A DNA stretch of 64,000 nucleotides, taken from contig CAWJEJ010000004.1 of assembly GCA_963841855.1 (NCBI GenBank), positions 588,455 through 652,454 of the forward strand, given 5' to 3'. A program made the translations under genes and the position numbers. Below the pieces are notes generated by a model, which made no database searches, was not told where the DNA came from, and saw nothing but the letters and a program-made list of their open reading frames with translations. The stretch is from Rhodothermales bacterium. Lineage in GTDB: Bacteria > Bacteroidota > Rhodothermia > Rhodothermales > BA12. Below are positions 54,153 through 63,621 of this stretch, piece by piece. The number at the start of each line of letters is the position of its first letter. Position 1 is the stretch's first letter.

Positions 54153-54336
54153 AGCGCGAGGAGGTACGGGTACGAATCGGGAGAACCTACGGCGTTACCG
54201 GTTTGCGTGCCACGCGACGGGACGGTAAGAGTCCCGCGCGCGAGGCAACCGGCAGAGCGGCAGAGGATTAACTCTTACGCAACAGGCCCAATCGCAGTCA
54301 CGCGGTGCGGCCGTTTCCACATACCCTTCGCCGACC

Positions 54337-54555
54337 ATGACTACGACCCCCAACTCCGACGCTTCGCTGTCGCGCTCCATGCGCATCGCTGGACTGCTCC
54401 TGACGCTTAGCGCCTCGTTCCTTCTTTGGGCCGATGTGTCCGGAACAGGCATGATCGTCGCCTGCCTCGTTATCGGAATCGCCACGCTGGGCGCTAGCCT
54501 GGTACCAACGCGCACTCTAGAGCCCAAGCCGGTCCGCGTCCGCACGCGGAGCTGA
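54337..54555 (+). CDS. small two-TM membrane protein, hypothetical
   Basis: 72 aa with two hydrophobic helices. Followed by a strong terminator. Confidence 0.4.
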   Translation: MTTTPNSDASLSRSMRIAGLLLTLSASFLLWADVSGTGMIVACLVIGIATLGASLVPTRTLEPKPVRVRTRS

Positions 54556-54565
54556 GCCGACCTCT

Positions 54566-54613
54566 AACGCAAATCGCCCCGCCCGGCTTTGTTCGGGTGG
54601 GGCGATTTGCGTT
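54566..54613 (+). terminator. intrinsic terminator hairpin
   Basis: AACGCAAATCGCCCC-GCCCGGCTTTGTTCGGGT-GGGGCGATTTGCGTT gives a 15-bp outer stem with a nested inner stem. Confidence 0.7.
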
Positions 54614-54749
54614 GATGCAGACGCGGCAGCGAGATAGAGCGGAAAGTGGGTAACAGGATCGGTCTGTGATAACGGCACGGAGCATGCGGCCGGGGACCTG
54701 GCGCACCTATCTTCCGACACGTCCCACCCCCCATCGACCTGACCCATCC

Positions 54750-55397
54750 ATGGCTGAGATCCTCTCGTCGACTCGCAAATACGTCGCCATCGCGGGCAAT
54801 ATTGGAGCGGGCAAGAGTACGCTGACCGCCATGCTGAGCAGTACATTCGGCTGGGAGCCGTTCTATGAGCAGGTCGACGAAAATCCGTATCTGGCGGATT
54901 TTTATGGTGAGATGGAGCGGTGGTCGTTCAACTTGCAGGTCTACTTCTTGTCGAGTCGCTTTCGCCACCAGCAGGCTATCGAGCGCGCGACGGGATCCGT
55001 CGTTCAAGACCGGTCGATCTACGAGGACGCCGAGATTTTTGCGCGCAACCTGCACGAGATGGGTCTGATGGACGAGCGCGACTGGGTCAACTACGGCGAT
55101 CTGTTCGCCACGATGACATCGTACTTGCGGCCTCCGGATCTGCTGATCTACCTGCGCGCGAGCGTACCGACTCTGGTGCGCCACATCCAGGCGCGCGGCC
55201 GCGAGTTCGAGTCGTCGATCAAGCTCGACTATCTCGAACGCCTCAACCAGCACTACGAGCACTGGGTGAGCAGATACGACCTGGGGCCGCGCATGATAAT
55301 CGACGTAGACGAGACCGATTTCGTCGGCAACGCGTCGCATCGCGCTTCGCTGCTGCAGCAGATCGACAGCCGCCTGTTCGGCCTCTTCCCGGGATGA
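54750..55397 (+). CDS. deoxynucleoside kinase
   Basis: IAGNIGAGKSTL P-loop, EPFYEQVDENPYLADFY, QDRSIYEDAEIFA and LLIYLRAS match the dNK family. ATG at 54750 chosen. Confidence 0.9.
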   Translation: MAEILSSTRKYVAIAGNIGAGKSTLTAMLSSTFGWEPFYEQVDENPYLADFYGEMERWSFNLQVYFLSSRFRHQQAIERATGSVVQDRSIYEDAEIFARNLHEMGLMDERDWVNYGDLFATMTSYLRPPDLLIYLRASVPTLVRHIQARGREFESSIKLDYLERLNQHYEHWVSRYDLGPRMIIDVDETDFVGNASHRASLLQQIDSRLFGLFPG

Positions 55398-57226
55398 CGG
55401 AGCGGCTGTCCTACTGGTGTGCCGTCATGCTGCTGCTTTCGGGACCGCTCGCGCTCTGCGTTCGGGCGCAAACCAGCGGCTGGCACTCGGCACGCACACC
55501 GGCTGCGACGATTGCTGATCTCATCGCCGCGCCCGCTGCCACGCGCGATACGACCGGTGGCATCGCGCTCTCTCTGGCCAACAGGCAACCCGGCGTGTGG
55601 CGGTTTCGCGCTGGACCGTATGGATGGCCCGAAGCGCTGAGCCTCAATGGAGCGCCGCCGCACGTGACCCGTCTCGACTGGGGCAGCGTCGACCTGCGCG
55701 ACCTGCTCGGCGGCGACGTTCAGCTCCACGTTTTGCCCGTCGGATGGACTCCGGCTCCGGCTGCGCGGGGCCGCACGATTCACGCTGCTCTCGACTCGTT
55801 CGACGCGCCGCAACCGCTCACTCATCTGCGCTACCTGGCGGGCGACGAAGGGCTGCAACGGGTCGAGTTGATCCATGCTCAGGCGCGACAGCGGACGCTG
55901 ATGGGACGCTCGGGTTTACTGCGCGTGCGAGGAGGATATATGGGTGCTACTGCGAACAACGCGTTCGAGAACAGCGATCTGCGGCGAGGGCGAGCGCTCA
56001 TGGGCTGGACCGACTTCGCGTCGGGCGATCTCCACGCGAGTCTGCGGGCGCTCCACCTGCGGCACAGCATCGGCGCGCCGGGCGGACTCGTGCCCGTCGA
56101 CCCGACTAACTACCAGTCGATCTACTTTAGGCAGGACGGAATCCCACTTTCCGGGCCGCGCCTGGCAACGGCCGATCGCCGCAGCATCCGCACGGATCTA
56201 ACTGCCACTGTCGGTTGGCGCGGCACGACGCTGACGGCCACCCGCTCCTATCTCCGGCGCCAGTTCGACGCGACGGACACGTCGCTCGTGGGCCGAGCCA
56301 AGCGTCTCGACATCCGAGCCGAACGCGGGGCATTGTACGCGGCCGTCTCCCGCACGTCGCCCGGCGACGCCAACGCATGGCGCAACGCTCCGGCGCAGCA
56401 CATCGCCGAGATTGGGGCACGATTCAGCTGGCGCGGATGGGCGCTGCGCGGTGGCGCATGGTTTGCCGATGCCGCAGTTTCGCCCGTCGCCGAGGCCTCG
56501 TTCGACTATGGCCCGCTTCGCCTGGAAACCGAGTTGGGAGCGACTGAGACGCCGCTGCTGGCCCGCTCGGGGTGGGCCTCCTTCGTGACACCTGTGGAGA
56601 GCGAGGCGACGCGGTGGCTGCGCGCATCGGCATCGGTCCGCAGCGCACGCGGCGATGTAGGCGGATGGGCGAGGGTGTTTGGCTGGGCGACGCCCGCCGG
56701 TCACGACTGGCGCGAATCGAGGCGCGATACGCTGCGCTACGCTTCTACCGGCAGCACTTCTCGCGCGGGCGTCTCGCTGGGCGGCGGATGGCGAATGGAC
56801 GCGCCGCTCGGCCTCTACGCGTGGACAGAAGCGACAGCGTCGCACGCTCTGGGCGACGCCGGTTGGGTGGATGCGCAGCCGCTACTCCGCGCTACGGCGC
56901 GCGTCGGCGCGCGCTTGGTCCTCTTTCGCCGTGACCTGCTTCTCGACCTCCACGCCGACCTCAGAGGATGGAGCGCTCACGCAGGCCGCACCCTGCACGC
57001 CCCGACTGGACTCTACGCTCTCCCCTACCCAGGCGCACGCCGCATTCCAGCGTCGGGAACAGTCGACGTGTGGCTTCGGGCGCGCGTCCGCACGGCGACG
57101 CTATTCTATGGCGCCGAAAATGTGCTCAGCCAGACGCAGGTGATGCTGGGCAACATGGCAGTCCCCGACCAGCCGCTGCACGCCGGACGCGTTCGGTTCG
57201 GCGTCTTCTGGCCGATCGACGGCTGA
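55394..57226 (+). CDS. outer-membrane beta-barrel-like hypothetical protein
   Basis: ATGA overlap with the kinase stop. Signal peptide MTERLSYWCAVMLLLSGPLALCVRAQ. Arg/Gly/Ala-rich with alternating beta-type segments. The track ORF start at 54920 is a shadow extension. Confidence 0.5.
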   Translation: MTERLSYWCAVMLLLSGPLALCVRAQTSGWHSARTPAATIADLIAAPAATRDTTGGIALSLANRQPGVWRFRAGPYGWPEALSLNGAPPHVTRLDWGSVDLRDLLGGDVQLHVLPVGWTPAPAARGRTIHAALDSFDAPQPLTHLRYLAGDEGLQRVELIHAQARQRTLMGRSGLLRVRGGYMGATANNAFENSDLRRGRALMGWTDFASGDLHASLRALHLRHSIGAPGGLVPVDPTNYQSIYFRQDGIPLSGPRLATADRRSIRTDLTATVGWRGTTLTATRSYLRRQFDATDTSLVGRAKRLDIRAERGALYAAVSRTSPGDANAWRNAPAQHIAEIGARFSWRGWALRGGAWFADAAVSPVAEASFDYGPLRLETELGATETPLLARSGWASFVTPVESEATRWLRASASVRSARGDVGGWARVFGWATPAGHDWRESRRDTLRYASTGSTSRAGVSLGGGWRMDAPLGLYAWTEATASHALGDAGWVDAQPLLRATARVGARLVLFRRDLLLDLHADLRGWSAHAGRTLHAPTGLYALPYPGARRIPASGTVDVWLRARVRTATLFYGAENVLSQTQVMLGNMAVPDQPLHAGRVRFGVFWPIDG

Positions 57227-57230
57227 AGTA

Positions 57231-57752
57231 CTATCCGGCTGCCGCTCGCACGAGCGCTACGATAGCGCGCGCTACCTCATCCGGCGATCCCGAAGCGGCG
57301 TCGACGCTGGGCACACCCGACGCATCGAGCGTGTCGAACTGGCTCTGGAGCAAGTCGGCAGGAAAAAAGTGATCTGAGCGCTCGGAGAGGCGACTGGCGA
57401 TCACGTCGGCGTCGGCGGTGAGGTGGACGAAGCGGACGCGGTTCGAGGCCAGCGACAGCACATCCCGGTAGGCAGGCGTCAGCGCTGAGCAGGCGAGCAC
57501 GCCTCCGCTACCCGAAGCGTGCCACGAGGCGAGCAGATGAGCCAGCCGATCCAGCCACGGCGCGCGGTCGGCATCGGTCAGAGGCGTTCCGTCTGCCATC
57601 AGCGCGCGAGCGGCGCCTGAATGATACTCGTCGGCGTCGGCGAAGGGAACGCCGAGAAGCCGGGCCGCGATCTGCCCCACAGTCGTCTTGCCGACGCCCG
57701 AAACGCCCGCTACGACGACAATGGGAGGAGCGAGTTGGGTAGCGTGCGGCAT
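57231..57752 (-). CDS. gntK: gluconokinase (GntK/IdnK family)
   Basis: VVVAGVSGVGKTTVG P-loop, FADADEYH, PLTDADRAPWL and ACSAL motifs. Confidence 0.85.
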   Translation of the reverse strand: MPHATQLAPPIVVVAGVSGVGKTTVGQIAARLLGVPFADADEYHSGAARALMADGTPLTDADRAPWLDRLAHLLASWHASGSGGVLACSALTPAYRDVLSLASNRVRFVHLTADADVIASRLSERSDHFFPADLLQSQFDTLDASGVPSVDAASGSPDEVARAIVALVRAAAG

Positions 57753-57812
57753 GGTATCCTAATTTCCCTTCGGACCGATGCCTCGCTCTCTCCGTTCCCC
57801 ATCTACCTCGCC

Positions 57813-58283
57813 ATGCGCCTGCTCCTCGCCGCCGTCCTGCTCTTCTCCTCTGCCGCTTGCGGATCCGACACGGCCGACGCTCCCCCGTCCGTGCCCGAGT
57901 TTCGAGTTGACGGAGTGCTCGACTTCGTCGCTTCGGATGGCACGCCAGTCAAACGCATCGCCATCGAAATCGCCGACACCGACAGTTCGCGCGAGATGGG
58001 CCTCATGAACCGCCCCAGTATGGCTGAGCAGGCCGGAATGCTGTTCATCATGGAACGAGAGGAACCGCAAGGGTTCTGGATGCGCAACACGCTGATGCCG
58101 CTCGACCTGTTCTTCGCCGACGACAGTCTGAACATCGTCGCCATTCGCCCGGACAACCGTTCCGTTTCCGACGCAAGGATCGAGAGCGGCGTTCCGGCTC
58201 GCTACGTCGTCGAGACGCGCGCAGGGTTTGCGGCGCGGCACGGCATCACAGAGGGCTACCGCATCCGGTGGCGGCGGCAGTAG
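57813..58283 (+). CDS. DUF192 family lipoprotein
   Basis: Lipobox LLFSSAAC. GLMNRPSMAEQAGMLFI...FWMRNTLMPLDLFF matches DUF192. ATG at 57813 chosen. Confidence 0.8.
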   Translation: MRLLLAAVLLFSSAACGSDTADAPPSVPEFRVDGVLDFVASDGTPVKRIAIEIADTDSSREMGLMNRPSMAEQAGMLFIMEREEPQGFWMRNTLMPLDLFFADDSLNIVAIRPDNRSVSDARIESGVPARYVVETRAGFAARHGITEGYRIRWRRQ

Positions 58284-58287
58284 AGGA

Positions 58288-59337
58288 TCAAAGCGCGCCG
58301 GCAAATGCGTCCCATTCGTCGCGCAGCGTCTGTTTGTCGGGTTCGGGCAGAAAACTGGCTTCGAGCGTGTTGCGGTTGAGGCGCCACAGTTCGTCCCACG
58401 AAAAGCCCTGCCCGGCGAGCAGCAGATACTCGGCATTCAGATCAGTCGAGAACATGGGCGGATCGTCCGAATTGAGCGTCACATAGATGCCTGCGTCGGC
58501 CAACGTCCGAATTGGGTGTGGCTGATCGACCCGGGTGACACCCAGACGGTAGTTGCTCGTCGGCGAGACTTCGAGCGGGATCTGCTCACGCGCGATGCGG
58601 CTCATCAACTCGGGATCGTCCACCAACCGGACACCATGCCCGATGCGCTCGGCTCTAAATCGATCTACAGCCTGGGCGATGCGGAATGCGCCGTCCGTTT
58701 CTCCGGCGTGAGCGACGACACGTAATCCCTCGGCGCGTGCTTGGGCGAAGATCGGCTCGTACGGCTCGGGGTCGAAGCCCTTTTCGAATCCGCCAACGCC
58801 CAATCCTACGAATAGGCCTCCGTGCTCGCGCCCGGCCAGTGCGAACGGAAGCACCTGATCCAGGTAGCCGTCGACGCCTCTGCCGATGTCGGCTATAAAG
58901 CGGACGCGCGTATTTGACTCGGCCGCTGCTCGGACCGAGCCGATCTCCAACGCTCGGACGATCTGATCCGCTGACAGCGCACGCCCCAGATGCAGTTGCG
59001 GGCTGAAGTAGGCTTCCGAATAGCGGATGTTCTGAGCCGCCTGATGAGCGCCGAAGTCGACGACCATCTGCTCGTAGTCTTCGGCCGTCTGCATCGCCGA
59101 GGACGCCAGCAGGTAGACGCGGACGAAATGGCCGAAGTCGCGGAAGGCGTAGAATGCACGCCATTCGTCAAGCGAAGCGGCAGGCAGATCGATGCCGTTG
59201 CGCTTAGCCATCTGCCACACCGTTTCAGGCCCCGTTGCCCCTTCCAGATGAACGTGGATTTCAGTCTTGGGCATGGACCGCAGTCGATCGACTAGATCGT
59301 CGGAGACCGCGTGAGACTGATAGATCGGATCGGACAT
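58288..59337 (-). CDS. add: adenosine deaminase
   Basis: MPKTEIHVHLEGA, HAGE and TLNSDDPPMFSTDLNAEY motifs. ATG at 59337 chosen. Confidence 0.9.
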   Translation of the reverse strand: MSDPIYQSHAVSDDLVDRLRSMPKTEIHVHLEGATGPETVWQMAKRNGIDLPAASLDEWRAFYAFRDFGHFVRVYLLASSAMQTAEDYEQMVVDFGAHQAAQNIRYSEAYFSPQLHLGRALSADQIVRALEIGSVRAAAESNTRVRFIADIGRGVDGYLDQVLPFALAGREHGGLFVGLGVGGFEKGFDPEPYEPIFAQARAEGLRVVAHAGETDGAFRIAQAVDRFRAERIGHGVRLVDDPELMSRIAREQIPLEVSPTSNYRLGVTRVDQPHPIRTLADAGIYVTLNSDDPPMFSTDLNAEYLLLAGQGFSWDELWRLNRNTLEASFLPEPDKQTLRDEWDAFAGAL

Positions 59338-59351
59338 AGCAGTCAGGCTGC

Positions 59352-59774
59352 TTACAGACGTGCACGGCGGGCGCAACACCAGCCGACGATGCTGCCCCAA
59401 ACGAGAGCATTCGAGACCAGTAGAACAATTGAAGCGAATGGTGGGAAAACCCCGAGCAGCGGACCGTCCGTAAACAGGATTGGAAGGAATCCCCAATTCC
59501 AGAGTGCCGGAATCAAGCCGAAGGCAATCGCCTTTCCGACCGTTGGATCAGGCACGAAGACAGCAAACGGAAGCGCCCATAACGCATCGGCGAGAGCGCA
59601 TAACACTACTCCAACAACGGCGGCGCCGACCCATTCCTCGCTCATAACGTAGAACGCAGTAGAGCCCGTCAGGGCGCCAATGGCGAGAAGTACCATCAGC
59701 GCCCCGGTGAAGATCGCCGAACCCAGCAGCCCACCGAAGAATGCGTCCCTGAGTTTCGTTCTCTTAGGCACCAA
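59352..59774 (-). CDS. hypothetical 4-TM membrane protein
   Basis: 140 aa hydrophobic ORF, less GC-rich than average. Lies 5 nt downstream of the TPR gene on the same strand. Confidence 0.5.
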   Translation of the reverse strand: MVPKRTKLRDAFFGGLLGSAIFTGALMVLLAIGALTGSTAFYVMSEEWVGAAVVGVVLCALADALWALPFAVFVPDPTVGKAIAFGLIPALWNWGFLPILFTDGPLLGVFPPFASIVLLVSNALVWGSIVGWCCARRARL

Positions 59775-59779
59775 GGGAG

Positions 59780-61084
59780 CTATACCGCAGCGCCGAGCAT
59801 TGCCTGGGCATCGCGGGCTGCCGTGGGGCTTTCGACGCCCAAGTTGCCGTCGAGGGCGATGCGGGCATGGCGGCGGGCTTCCGACGAGTTACCGGCGCCC
59901 TGGTAGATCTGCGCGGCTCGCCAGTGTACCATCGCGTCGCCGGTGTTGAGACGCATGGCGCGTTCGATGTACGGTACTCCTTCGGTCGAGCGTCCGTTGT
60001 GGTGGAGCGCCCACGCGTACGTCTCGTTGGCGTGCATGTGACCCGGACGGCGTTCGACCTGCCGCTTGGCCATCGTCAGCGCGCGCTCAAGCTCCTGGTT
60101 GCGGTCGAGCAGAAAATCTGCCTCCTCCATGTCGACGATCTCACCCATTTCGCGCGCGTCCTCCAGTCCCTCGTGAACGCGGTCCAGCGCGCGCTCCGAA
60201 GCGCGCTGATCGCCCTTCATGGCATAAACTTCAGCGAGGATTTCCAGAAAGCCGTCGTTCGGCATCAAGTCATACGCTTCGAGCAAAAGCGACTCGGCTT
60301 CGTCCAGATCACCGTTGACGAGCGCTACGTGTCCCAGTCCAGCGACGGCGGGCGCATAGTTGGGCTTCTCTTCCAAAAGACCTTCGTAGAGAAATTTGGC
60401 TGTGTCTGGTTTGGCGTCCGAGAGGTAGAGATTGGCCAGGTTATAGACGGCCCATGACCTATCCGACGCGCCGCGCATGCCTGCGTCGACGGCCATTCGC
60501 ATCGCATTGATGGCCCCCGGTCCGTCGCCATATAGTTCGCGGAGGTAGGAGGCACGCGTGTACGAAACGACACCTGGCTTGGTGGCGAGCATCGCGTCCA
60601 TCGCTTCGACGGCTTGCTCATACTCGCCTAGTTCGACGAGGGCGTCGACCAAGATGCCCTGCGCGTACGAATCGCGCGGATATTCTGTCAGTAAGCTGCG
60701 CGCTTGGTCGCGACTGTCCTCGAACCGGTGCAGCTTGTTGAGAAGCGTGCCATTGAGCAGGCGAAGGTGGTAATCGTTGGGCGTTCGGCTGAGCCCCTCT
60801 TCGATGACCTCCTGCGCTTGAGGAACGAACTCGGTTTCGCGGTGGGTATCGGTCGCCTGCTGCAACAGCACTTGAGCGAGCGCTGCATAGCTGGCCGTCT
60901 CATTCGGGTTGCGGCGGATGCGTTCGCGGTAGTAGCCGATTGAAGCTTCGGGATTGGCGAACTGGGATGCAGGCAGCACCTGACGAGGTCCCTCGGGGAG
61001 CGGTTCGTCTTCGCGCGAAAGTCCGTACCACACCGCGGCGCTCAAAGCTAGAACGACAGCGACGGTGGCTAGAATGGTCTTCAT
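59780..61084 (-). CDS. tetratricopeptide-repeat protein with N-terminal membrane anchor/signal
   Basis: MKTILATVAVVLALSAAVWY, then multiple TPR-like units (YAALAQVLL, YAQGILVDALVELGEYEQA, WAVYNLANLYLSDAKPDTA, ETYAWALHHNGRSTEG). Confidence 0.8.
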   Translation of the reverse strand: MKTILATVAVVLALSAAVWYGLSREDEPLPEGPRQVLPASQFANPEASIGYYRERIRRNPNETASYAALAQVLLQQATDTHRETEFVPQAQEVIEEGLSRTPNDYHLRLLNGTLLNKLHRFEDSRDQARSLLTEYPRDSYAQGILVDALVELGEYEQAVEAMDAMLATKPGVVSYTRASYLRELYGDGPGAINAMRMAVDAGMRGASDRSWAVYNLANLYLSDAKPDTAKFLYEGLLEEKPNYAPAVAGLGHVALVNGDLDEAESLLLEAYDLMPNDGFLEILAEVYAMKGDQRASERALDRVHEGLEDAREMGEIVDMEEADFLLDRNQELERALTMAKRQVERRPGHMHANETYAWALHHNGRSTEGVPYIERAMRLNTGDAMVHWRAAQIYQGAGNSSEARRHARIALDGNLGVESPTAARDAQAMLGAAV

Positions 61085-61127
61085 AGTGAGGTAAAGGTTC
61101 GAGAGATGGGTCTAGTATAAAACCAAT

Positions 61128-61160
61128 CCGCCGACCGACGCACAGGGCATCGGCCGACGG
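61128..61160 (-). terminator. possible intrinsic terminator after the DUF4331 gene
   Basis: Minus strand CCGTCGGCCGA-loop-TCGGTCGGCGG (11 bp including two G-U pairs), followed by ATTGGTTTTA. Confidence 0.4.
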
Positions 61161-61184
61161 ATGGAGTCGTTCGGCGTTGTAGGA

Positions 61185-63446
61185 TTACCGAACGAGGGTG
61201 GCGGTCTGCGTGCGAGCAGCCTTTCCGTCTACAACCAAGCGGAACAGGTAGGTACCGCTTGCAATCCCGTCAGCATCCCAGCGAACCGGGTGCGTACCGC
61301 TCTGCATCGGCGCGTCTACCAGCGTGCGCACCAGACGTCCCTGCATGTCGTAGACACTCAGTTCTACGTTGCCGGGACGCGACAGGTGATACTCGATCGT
61401 CGTCGAAGGCGTGAACGGGTTGGGATAGTTCTGGTTGAGGATGAACGACTCAGGCGCTCCGATTCCCAGTCCAAGCTGCGGTGCCGACGAAACGTTCGTC
61501 GGACGATCGGCCGTCACGTCGCGGACGTAGTCGTAGCCGCGGTGGGGGTTAGCGAGGTAAGGGAACGTGGTGCGCAGCGGGATGTCGTTCTGCGTCGGTC
61601 CGGCAACGAACGTCAGCTCGGCGACGAGCTGGGCCGAAGCGAGGTCCGAGTAGTCGGCTGCGACGGCGTCGTCTTCGGGCAGACCGACGGCGGCCAGCAC
61701 TAGACCACCTACGGCCTGAAGCTCGATCGTCGTCACGTCATCCTCAAGGCGGCGACCATTGGGGAAGCCGTCCATGTGAGGAATGGCCTGCAGGGTCGAG
61801 TTCGCGAAGTCGGGCACGGTCAGACCGATGGCTGCAGCGCGGATAAGACCTTGGAAGGCGTTGTTGCGAAACTCTTCCGTTCCACGATCGGTGACCGGGA
61901 CCGCCATGTTCAGGCGCAGCATGTCGCCGCCCCAGAACTGGGGAGCGTCGGCCGTGCCGGTGTTCGTGATGGGCAGGAAGTTGTTGATAAACGGCTTGCC
62001 TCGGTTGAAGTCGAGGTCTCCGTCGCCATCAACGTCCGAGACGAGTCCGCCTTTGCCAGCGGCGAGCTGGTAGGGGGCGAGGTTCGGCACGCCGAAGTAG
62101 AAGATCGGCAGGATGTCGACGCGGCGCGGCTGGCCAGGGGCGAGCAGAGCGGTCGGGCTTCCACCGGACGTAGGCATCGTCGGCACGGCGAACGCCGTTC
62201 CGGTCACATCGAGCGCGCCACTGACGACGAGCGGCAGGACGGCAGCGGCGCCGTCGGCACCGTTGGTGAAGTCAAGGCCCGATCCCGCGTTGGAGGGATC
62301 ACCGTCGCCGTCCAGGTCGAGGCCTGGGTACGAGTTCTGCTGGATCTTCAGATCGGTGCTGAGTCCGGGTACGGCTGCGCCAAACGCTCCACCGCCCATG
62401 TACAGAGCCAGTTCGGGGTTGACGAAGTACTTGGCGAATTCCTGCTCGGCAGCGCTGTACGGCGAGACTGCGTTCCAATAGTCCTTGTCACCGATCGGGA
62501 TGATCGCTTCGTTGGTCAGCGGCATGCCCAGGCGCGATACCTGGACCCACGGGCCTGAGTAGGAAGGTGCGTCTCCCGTCAGCGAGAGCGTCTTGATCTG
62601 CGGACGGCTCGCGCTCGCCCAAACGCCGATCACGAAGTCGCCATCGAGGATGCTTGTAGCCTGATCGACCGTCTTGCCGTCCTTCTGGAGCGACGAGATC
62701 GGGATGCTCATCACGATCGAGTGGGTGTTGAAGCCAGCGACTTCGTCACGCGCACAGTTGGCGTTGGCCGGATCGTCGCAAAACTCGTTGCGGAAGCCGC
62801 CCAAGTCGAAGATGCCACCCAGGTCGACGAAAAAGGGATCGTCGCGCGGTCCGGCGAATACGGTCTCGCCAGTCGACGCCTGCACGACGCCCTGCGTCGT
62901 TAGAGCTTCGTACGTCGTTCCCAGTCCGGCGTCTGCCGTGATGGAACGCGGTCCGACGTTGACCGGCGGGACGAAGCCGTTCGAGACGATCGTCGTGAAG
63001 CTCGATCCGCCATCGGTGCTCTTCTCAAGCGTATAGGTGGCTTTGAGGTTCTCCTTACCCAAACGGATCTTGAAGAAGGTCGTCGGGTCTTCGTTCGTCT
63101 GGTTGAACGTGAAGCGGTACGTGATGTCGTCGGTAGCCGAGCCCAGTTGGCCCGTCGAGGTCTGGTTCTTGACGTGGATCTCGTAGCGGACGTCTTCGCC
63201 GAACTGGTCGTAGTTCGGACCACCCGACGGAAGCTCGAGCGGGATGTAGTTGGCGACGAGGATGACGTTGGCAGGGTTGGCCGGATCGCGGTAGGCGTAA
63301 ACGTCTGTGTTGTCGGCGAGCGGATCGTTCAGGATCATTGGAGCTTCGCGGTGGCTTGAAGCCGTCACGAAGGTCGCATCGACCAGGAAGAATGCTCCAA
63401 TCAAGGCAATCGTGCCTAGTCCGAGCGTGTAGCGTAATGTTCGCAT
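61185..63446 (-). CDS. DUF4331-domain secreted protein with T9SS C-terminal sorting domain
   Basis: SSHREAPMILNDPLADNTDVYAY is the hallmark DUF4331 N-terminus. The C-terminus LNQNYPNPFTPSTTIEYHLSRPGNVELSVYDMQGRLVRTL...SGTYLFRL is a near-consensus type-A T9SS CTD. Confidence 0.85.
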   Translation of the reverse strand: MRTLRYTLGLGTIALIGAFFLVDATFVTASSHREAPMILNDPLADNTDVYAYRDPANPANVILVANYIPLELPSGGPNYDQFGEDVRYEIHVKNQTSTGQLGSATDDITYRFTFNQTNEDPTTFFKIRLGKENLKATYTLEKSTDGGSSFTTIVSNGFVPPVNVGPRSITADAGLGTTYEALTTQGVVQASTGETVFAGPRDDPFFVDLGGIFDLGGFRNEFCDDPANANCARDEVAGFNTHSIVMSIPISSLQKDGKTVDQATSILDGDFVIGVWASASRPQIKTLSLTGDAPSYSGPWVQVSRLGMPLTNEAIIPIGDKDYWNAVSPYSAAEQEFAKYFVNPELALYMGGGAFGAAVPGLSTDLKIQQNSYPGLDLDGDGDPSNAGSGLDFTNGADGAAAVLPLVVSGALDVTGTAFAVPTMPTSGGSPTALLAPGQPRRVDILPIFYFGVPNLAPYQLAAGKGGLVSDVDGDGDLDFNRGKPFINNFLPITNTGTADAPQFWGGDMLRLNMAVPVTDRGTEEFRNNAFQGLIRAAAIGLTVPDFANSTLQAIPHMDGFPNGRRLEDDVTTIELQAVGGLVLAAVGLPEDDAVAADYSDLASAQLVAELTFVAGPTQNDIPLRTTFPYLANPHRGYDYVRDVTADRPTNVSSAPQLGLGIGAPESFILNQNYPNPFTPSTTIEYHLSRPGNVELSVYDMQGRLVRTLVDAPMQSGTHPVRWDADGIASGTYLFRLVVDGKAARTQTATLVR

Positions 63447-63621
63447 GTATGGCGAGGTGGGTGGAGGTGTAATGGATATCGAGAGACGCAGTGCACAAAT
63501 ACGAGTGTCACAGAGGTCACAGAATGCTCACTCGGTGCTCATATTTTGATTTTCCGAAACCGTCATATTTGAACGGTTTTGATTCATGTCACTTTCGCGA
63601 TCCGCTACTTTTACTCCCTAC

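Noticed and set aside
63541-63560. Bacteroidetes-type -7 promoter box (TAnnTTTG) near ATATTTTGATTTT upstream of the ATPase gene
   Set aside because: The sequence is one base off the consensus, and I cannot establish spacing to a transcription start. It is mentioned only as context for the divergent promoter region.
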